Shown piece by piece: positions 42,547 to 64,000 of a stretch of 64,000 nt of DNA. Source of the DNA: Octopus vulgaris (lineage: Eukaryota); NCBI GenBank assembly GCA_951406725.2, contig OX597834.1:25296001-25360000 (forward strand). The letters run 5' to 3'. A program made the position numbers and the translations under genes. A model generated the notes under the pieces. That model was given only the letters and a program-made list of their open reading frames with translations. It did no database searches and was not told the DNA's origin. The number at the start of each line of letters is the position of its first letter. The first letter of the stretch is position 1.

Positions 42547-42982
42547 TATCCATCCACGCAAACACCAGCAACATCGAAGAACTAATTGTACCACTAGAAG
42601 TAACACGACCCTTTAAGGGAACATCACTTGTCAACTCACACAAAGATCTTCGAATCGGTAACATCAAACAATATTTGCTTTCTACCCTACATCTGAATTC
42701 AATGAGGAAGCGCCTGTTGTACCTAAGGTCAAACCAATGACCTATACTCTCCATCCCAATCAAAACAAGTCAAGCCATACCATATCTCCTTCCTCTCCTT
42801 TATCATTCCCATTCCTTCCTATCTTTCCATCACCTTTTCCTCTTTCCTATCAAGAAAGGACAACTACAAAATCTAGATATCTAGAACCGTCATGGCAAGT
42901 CGATCGGTTTAATATCTAAAACCATTAAAAAAAAGTTTTATAAAAAACATTTCATTTTTCTCTTCATCTCCCTCCTCTTATC

Positions 42983-43033
<51 letters not shown>

Positions 43034-43084
43034 AACATATATACATATATATATATATACATATATACATATATATATATATAC

Positions 43085-43115
<31 letters not shown>

Positions 43116-43128
43116 CATATATATATAC

Positions 43129-43271
<143 letters not shown>

Positions 43272-43514
43272 CATATATGTATGTATGTACATACAATCAC
43301 CGTTAATCCAAATACACACCGCCCTGCCTACATACCCCCCAACGAACCTTTTCATTGGGGAAAATTGATAAACATCCTTCGGTTGAACATTCGTCACTTC
43401 TAACTTTAATACTATATCGCCTGAAGAAATGAACACATGAGGAGCTGAAATATATGTGTACTCAAAACTCAAAAACGTTCCCTGTAAACGAAAATTAAAG
43501 GATGATGTATATAC

Positions 43515-43749
43515 ATACTCTTACTCTTTTTACTCTCTTACTTGTTTCAGTCATTTGACTGCGGCCATGCTGGAGCACCGCCTTTAATCGAGCAACTCGA
43601 CCCCGGGACTTATTCTTTTGTAAGCCCAGTACTTATTTTATCGGTCTCTCTTTTGCCGAACCGCTAAGTGACGGGGACATAATCACACCAGCATCGGTTG
43701 TCAAGCAATGCTAGGGGGACAAACACAGACACACAAACATACACGCACG

Positions 43750-43818
<69 letters not shown>

Positions 43819-43980
43819 GACGGGCTTCTTTCAGTTTCCGTCTACCAAATCCACTCACAAGGCTTTGGTCGGCTCGAGGCTATAGTAGAAGACACTAGCC
43901 CAAGGTGCCACGCAGTGGGACTGAACCCGGAACTATGTGCTTCGTAAACAAGCAACTTACCACACAGCCACTCCTGCGCC
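43515..43980 (-). mobile_element. SINE family A, full length (duplicate at ~56110-56573)
   Basis: Head-to-tail match to family A. Confidence 0.85.
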
Positions 43981-44079
43981 TGAAATACAATCAAGTATGT
44001 TGTCCGGCATGCTAACGACCCTGCCAGCTGTATATACACACAGACACACACGCATGCACACACGCATGCACACACGCAT

Positions 44080-44119
<40 letters not shown>

Positions 44120-44124
44120 GCACG

Positions 44125-44194
<70 letters not shown>

Positions 44195-44366
44195 AATAGC
44201 AGTCTTCTGTCCCAAAATGCCACTTACGCTACCTCTTTCTACTTCTGGTCACTTCAGCAATGTAATTACACACGTGCTATTGGAGATTTATTTTCCTTCT
44301 TTGGACTTTTCCCTTTCTCCTTTCCGGCAATGAGTTATGCTCGAAATGTCAAATTCTCTTTTTTTC

Positions 44367-44466
44367 NNNNNNNNNNNNNNNNNNNNNNNNNNNNNNNNNN
44401 NNNNNNNNNNNNNNNNNNNNNNNNNNNNNNNNNNNNNNNNNNNNNNNNNNNNNNNNNNNNNNNNNN
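44367..44466. other. Assembly gap (100 N)
   Basis: Run of exactly 100 N. Confidence 1.
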
Positions 44467-56955
<12,489 letters not shown>

Positions 56956-57032
56956 ACCGAGCATGACACTAATATATTTCTTGTACACATCCTCTTGTTG
57001 TCCGTTAATTTTATTCGCTGATTTGAATTGAC

Positions 57033-57115
<83 letters not shown>

Positions 57116-58159
57116 AAGTATGTATGTATGAAAAACATGTTTTGTTTTTACAACCATTACGCCACACACACACACAGAGTTTTATAAAATAACTATAATT
57201 GTATTATTTACTTCATTATTTATTGACATGTTCAATTTATTTTTCGCACAAGCCTTTTTTAAAAAAACAAAAAACAAATGTAGATTTCGTAAAGTGTCTC
57301 TCAAAACTTTAATTACGGATAAGTCACTTGAAATCTTAAATTATAGTTTTGTTTGAATATCGCCGAATAAAATTAGTTATTAGCTATATATCTAATGTTA
57401 TATTATATCATATCACATTATATCATATTAATTTATATTAATATCATGAAATAATATAAAGCAGCGAGCTAACAGAATCGTCTCTCTTTACGTCCCCAGT
57501 TTCAAGCCCGACTTTGTCTTTCATCCTTTTCGCGGTGGATAAAATAAATGGAGCACGGGGGGGTCAATGTTATCGATTCCCCACTGCCCCGACCTCGCTG
57601 GCCTTATTTCCAAAATTTAAAAGCAATATTATATTATACATTTCTAGTACTGGTTAAACGGGTTATTGATATTTGATTCGGCTAGTTACGCTGTTACCCA
57701 TATTAAAACTAAATCCATTTAATAAATTGTAAAGCTTGGTTTAAAAGGTGTTGACTACCAGGTTGGGCTGAGTTAGGCTGTCCTTTTGAATATTTCGATG
57801 AATCCAGTTATTTATATAAACGCATACAGAGGGTTTACTCGAGAGTAAATAGTATGCCAGATGCGTCTAGGTAAGTATCTATCACTGGAGATTCCTTTTA
57901 AACCTGGGTCGAGCAACAATCAAAACTCCTGTCTTCTCCTGGACTTCTGTTCCCTGTGCAGTCGTATATCCCGCGCGTCTACTTCTACGATTATATTTTG
58001 GCGGGAAACTATGGGGAAATTTCCATTCAAACCGAACGATCTCACGATGCATCTGAAATACAATTAATCAGAATTCAGAGCAAGACACCTGATATGCTGT
58101 AACGTATTTCTCGCCAGTGAGCTGACGTGGTTTGAAGTCTAAGCCCCGCTACGTATTTC

Positions 58160-59262
58160 ATATTACATAATATTATATTATGCATTATGTTATATCATAT
58201 TTATATTATATTATGCATTATGTTATATCATATTTATATTATATTATTTTATTTTATATTACATATTATATTATATTATATTATATTATATTATATTATA
58301 TTATATTATATTATATTATATTACATATTATATTATATTATATTATATTATATTATATTATATTAAATCATATTATATTATATTATTTTATATTATATTA
58401 TATTATATTATATTATATTAAATCATATTATATTATATTATTTTAAATTATATTATATTATATTATATTACATATTATATTATATTATAGTGTATTATAT
58501 TATATTATATTATATTATATTAAATCATATTATATTATATTATATTATATTATATCATATTACATATATTATATTACATATTATATTATATTATATTATA
58601 TATTATATTATATTATATTATATTATATTAAATCATATTATATTACATATTATATTATAGTGTATTATATTATATTATATTATATTATATTATATTATAT
58701 TACATATTATATTATATTATATTATATTATATTATATTATATTATATTAAATCATATTATATTATATTATATTATATTATATTATATTATACTACATTAT
58801 ATTACATATATTATATTACATATTATATTATATTATATTACATATATATTATATTATATTATATATAATATATCATATTAATATTATATTATATTACTAA
58901 TATATATTATATAATATTATATATATACATATATATTATATTATATTATATTATATTATATTATATTATCATATTATATTATATTATATTATATTATATT
59001 ATATATATTATAATATTATATTATATTATATTAAATATATTATATTATATTATATTATATTATATTATATTATATTATTATATTATATTATATTATATTA
59101 TATTACATATTATATTATATTATATTATATTACATATTATATTATATTATATTTTATTATATTATATTATATTATACTATATTATATTATATTATATTAT
59201 AGTATATTATATTATATTATATTATATATTATATTATATTATATTATATTATATCATATTAT
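58160..59262. repeat. (ATATT)n pentanucleotide array, ~1.1 kb
   Basis: Directly visible. A shorter copy lies at ~61285-61450. Confidence 0.95.
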
Positions 59263-59879
59263 ATCCCTAGTTCTCTGAGGACCTGGAGGTAATCTTTTCT
59301 CTAGAGTTAAGAGAATATCCTCTGAAACAGGCCCAGTTGTTTTTTTCTTTTTGCTTCAGAGAACATTAGTATATTTATTACGCCAATTGTCATTTCACAT
59401 CTTCCAAAACGAATAACTGTAGGTATATCTTCGCTACATATGTTTCATATAACATTTATATCCTATAAGTTACGAAATGGTCGCTGGTTTCAAACAAATG
59501 AAACACAATGGGACGTGCATAGGATGTCAAAATTTCTATATATCTTCCCACTAGTTTGTTTAGGCGTAAGAGCCACCTAATTTCCTCACTGACTGATGTT
59601 ATTTTATAAAGAGGAAGCACTGTTGATACGCAATGTTACTTAAGAAAATAGCAATAACTCTGACAAGTATTTTGGTTAAAGATATATCATAGGGTCGTTT
59701 TAAGGGGAGCTTTGCAGTACCTGAATCTCCACTTGACATTAACCCAAACCTTGACCTTGGGTCAGTATGACACAAATTAATTTTCAGCGACATTTGCGTT
59801 TTTTAAGTACGACTTACAAGCCGTCAAATGAGGTACATTCTAAACAGATGTTTATGATGGATGTTTTATGAAAAAAATA

Positions 59880-60390
59880 TATTCAACTTATCTGACAGGC
59901 AAAACTCACATCCATCATTTCTCTATAAAATTGTAATTTTGTTGTAATACATTCCAAATAATTTATTTTTCAAACACTCTAAGTATTTTGATAAACATGT
60001 ATCCCGAGGTTTTTCCGGATACTGATTAAATCGTCCTTCAAAGTTATATTCAGTTAACCCGATATAATCTTTGGAAAGTGAATTATCAACTGTAAATGTA
60101 ATAAGCTGTAGTTTTTTCCGAAGACACGAATTCTTTAATAGACAATTTACGAAGTTATGACAGTTGCAGCAACGTGAAGTATTACGTTTGTTAGTTCAGA
60201 TATTTTTCTATTGATGTTTGCTTTTCTGTAGCAAATTTATATATTCAGCTCAAGCTTAACTTAACATTATTCCTATTAAAAAATTTTATAATATTTATGA
60301 TACTTCAGAAAGTGTTTATCTAATAAGAACAAGAAATATCTTGCGATATGTGTATTTGCAATAACATTCCAACAACATCAAAAGGTTTCT
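59880..60390 (-). mobile_element. Decayed Penelope-like element (linker + GIY-YIG endonuclease)
   Basis: Minus strand NTHIARYFLFLLDKHFLKYHKYYKIF-NRNNVKLSLS...CCNCHNFVNCLLKNSCL...KDYIGLTEYNFEGRFNQY...DTCLSKYLECLKNK. Confidence 0.8.
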
Positions 60391-60583
60391 GTTAACCTGC
60401 AAGTTCAATGTTTGTATTTTTATTTTTATTTTTATTTATGAGTACAATATTGTTTTATTTGTCTTGGTTCAAAGACGCTAAACGTGAAACAAATAGTCTT
60501 AATCTGTGTAATTTTGCTTTAAAATACGATTTATGTGTGTATGAATATGTAAATATATATATATGTATGTATGTATATGTATG

Positions 60584-60633
<50 letters not shown>

Positions 60634-60668
60634 ATATATTTATATATATATACATATATGTATATATG

Positions 60669-60720
<52 letters not shown>

Positions 60721-61054
60721 TGTTTATATATATATATATACACATGATATGTATTATATGTGAATATATATGTGTGTAAATATGTATAATCAATATATAT
60801 ATATATATGCATATATGTATGTATATATACATACATACACACACACACATACACACACATATATATATATATACATGTATACATAGATATATATATACTA
60901 AAAAGATATATCTTCTGTGTATATGCATGTTTGTATATGCGTATACACACATACATACATACATATATACATAAATTTACATGTGTTATCATCATCATCA
61001 TTATCATCATCATTATTATTATTATTATTATCATTATTATTATCATTATCATTA

Positions 61055-61146
<92 letters not shown>

Positions 61147-61462
61147 TTATTTCTCAGAGCTCTCGATTTTACTTACGTCGGTTAGTTCTGTAAGAGCAAA
61201 AAACTTGCTATCAAAGATCTCACGAGTCTCTTTCTACGATGCTTAACATGCAAGTACCAGTCTTAAAATCTTCGCTGTTATATCATATTAATATTATATT
61301 ATATTATATTATATGTTATATTACCTTATATTATATTATATTATATTATATTATATTATATTATATTATATTATATATTATATTATATTATACTATATTA
61401 TATTATATTATATTATATTATATTATATTATATATTATATTATATCATATTAAATCCCTAGT

Positions 61463-61500
<38 letters not shown>

Positions 61501-61502
61501 CA

Positions 61503-61665
61503 CGTCGGGGTTCTTTCAGCTTCCGTCTGCCAAATCCACTCACAAGGCTTTGGTCAACCCGTGGCTATAACGGAAGACACTTACCCAAAGTGCCACGCAG
61601 TGGGATTGAACCTGGAACTATGTGGTTGTGAAGCAAGTGTCTTGCCACTCAGCCACGCCGGCGCC
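61503..61665 (-). mobile_element. SINE family A, 5' half
   Basis: Matches the family A head. Confidence 0.7.
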
Positions 61666-62156
61666 TAGCTTATTGAACTGAAATTCTTTATAGAATTTTC
61701 AATCAAATCGAACACAAATTTTAGAGATAATTTGATTTAGTAAAGTGAATGCTGTCTTCTATTCACTAAAGACTTCACGTGACGACTTTATTTTTAACTA
61801 TGACCAGGGGCTGGACACTCGAAAATGTCCCTGAATAACTAATAGACTTCTACCATTGGTCAGTAACGTTGATCGGTTGAACTATGGTCCGTAAACAATG
61901 AAAGCTGACTCAAAGCTGTTGTCAGACATTTGGTCACGTGGTGCACTGGAAAGAAGACATTGATTGGTCCCATACTGGCCGTGAGCAGTGACAAAGCTGC
62001 TTAAAAAGAGTAACGCTTTCCTTCTTTATTGTCTTGTCTGCTGACATTTACGATACTGGGATTTTTCGTTACTTATCTAAACAGATAAATGTGTCTGGAT
62101 ACTTGTATGCTTGTATGTGTGCATATATAAAAGTAAATATGAAAGTACAAGTTTGT

Positions 62157-62229
<73 letters not shown>

Positions 62230-62540
62230 AAACAAACTTTGGAAGCGCCGAATGTTTGGCATTTTATAGACAAGAGAGAAAATTTCGAACGCATTACAAC
62301 TGTGAAAACAGCAGAGAAATATTGGGTATTTAGCCTTAGATGATGGAAAAAAAAGTTGCACCAGTCGTCTGCGAAGACTTGAACACCGTACCCCTCAGAA
62401 ACTGGGTGAGTGCTCTAAAACCATAAAACCAAGCGGCCCAGCCGCCTAGTGGCAACTGCTTCGTCTTTTAAGAATGAATATACAATCTTTCTCTGGTGTT
62501 TTCACAGCGACACTGTATTCGCGATTTACTCTTTTGTCAG

Positions 62541-62685
<145 letters not shown>

Positions 62686-62694
62686 TAGACAGAC

Positions 62695-62775
<81 letters not shown>

Positions 62776-62899
62776 TAGATATATACATGTATATATACAT
62801 ATATTTATCTATATACATGTATACGCACACACACACATATATGTGTGTGTGTGTGTGTGCTTATGGATGTATATATGTACATATGTATGTATATTTATT

Positions 62900-63510
62900 T
62901 ACAATCAGGGTACAAGATAGTACAACATTGCTGGCAATAAGTGTCAAACGGCTCAAGAACCACAGTAAATCACTTATACACACACTGGTGAATTCAAGCA
63001 AAACGGGTATATAAAAAGCCATCTATCTTGTACCCTGATTACGAATTAATAATTTTACCCTTTTGGTTGTTTTATGCTTCCTAGCCACTTATACTATTAT
63101 TTATTATTTATAATAATATATTTATCTTTATAATTTTATTCACTACGACCATTTTGAAATTGCCTCTGCAATCATATAATCAATACACACATGGTGACGC
63201 GAGTATTTTAGCCCTCGGCAGTAATACTCACAGACGAAGACTAAGTGTTTATAACAGGGTCCTAAATCAAGTGACTCATTTGCGACCCTTTTGCGATTTT
63301 TACTCCCCTTTGGTAAGACGGCTTTCTATATACTCGTTTTCCTCGAATTCACCAGTGTATATGTAAGTGATTTACTGTGGTTCTTGAGCCATTTGACCTC
63401 TATTTCTAGCAATGCTGTGAACTATTTTGTACCCTGATTATAAATTGATAATTTTACATTTTTTGTTATTTAATGCTTGCTAGTCACATATTATTATTTG
63501 TTATTAATAA
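62900..63510. repeat. Inverted + direct repeat arrangement reminiscent of Penelope pseudo-LTRs
   Basis: 62900-63024 is the imperfect reverse complement of ~63317-63442. 63025-63105 is directly repeated at ~63424-63505. Confidence 0.65.
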
Positions 63511-63538
63511 TATCTGTATATATATATATATATATATA

Positions 63539-63735
63539 AGGCGGTGTGCTGGCAGAAACGTTAGGGCGAAATGCTTAGCGGTTTTTCGTCTTTCTTTACG
63601 TTCTGAGTTGAAATTCCGCCGAAGTCTACTTTACGCTCCATCCTGTCAGGGTCGATAAATTAAGTACCAGTTGCGTACTGGGGTCGATCTAATCGACTGG
63701 CCCCTCCCCAAAAATTTTGGGTTTGTGCATAGAGA
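63539..63735 (+). mobile_element. SINE family B
   Basis: GGCGGTGTGCTGGCAGAAACGTTAG...GGGTCGATAAATTAAGTACCAG. Confidence 0.75.
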
Positions 63736-64000
63736 ATATATATATGTATATATATATTTATAATAATAAGGGATTTTTGCAACAAGTTGCTTAAACCACA
63801 TACCGAAAATATTAGAAATAACAGCCAAAGGGCTACTATTTCCTTTTACTACGAAAATAGATCTCCACTGACAACAATATTTGTAACTCACATATGGTAG
63901 AAAAAGAAGAAAAGCAATGAAATCACACAGTCTTGGGGTTTAATTATAGACGGACGTTTCTGGATTAGAATCGTAAGGTTCATTTCCTTATCAACATAAT

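Noticed and set aside
43415-43495. CTGAAGA followed by a partial hairpin
   Set aside because: No properly placed GAAAC/UH site, so too degenerate to call a ribozyme.
59910-60089. Apparent minus-strand exon with AG/GTGAG borders
   Set aside because: The sequence is the GIY-YIG region of a decayed Penelope-like element and contains a stop.
62340-62428. Short ORF with GTGAGT donor-like site
   Set aside because: Only 28 aa, and it looks like a degenerate antisense tRNA-derived SINE head.

Overview
Eukaryotic (animal) genomic DNA, AT-rich and extremely dense in microsatellites ((AT)n, (GT)n, (ATAC)n, (GATA)n, (AAT)n, (GAA)n, (ATATT)n), tRNA-derived SINEs and decayed LINE, Penelope-like, Tc1 and Helitron fragments. 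The repeat repertoire suggests an octopus/coleoid cephalopod genome (inference). The only convincing host coding sequence is a 445-nt minus-strand first coding exon (26597-26153) for a LigB/class III extradiol dioxygenase (4,5-DOPA dioxygenase/YgiD-like). It ends in a GT donor, and I could not find its downstream exons in the window. About 25 kb (32018-44366 and 44467-56955) is one ~12.4 kb segment present twice on either side of a 100-N gap, most likely an uncollapsed haplotype. The most unusual non-coding signals are: a complete type I hammerhead ribozyme whose loop II carries a 400-bp Helitron; a minimal hammerhead-like motif with a non-canonical core in a dispersed repeat; a duplicated donor in the dioxygenase intron that creates an AG|GT recursive-splice-like site; and two SINE/LINE shared-tail pairs. 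Nearly all ORFs in the supplied track are microsatellite artefacts. All calls are by eye, with no database searches.
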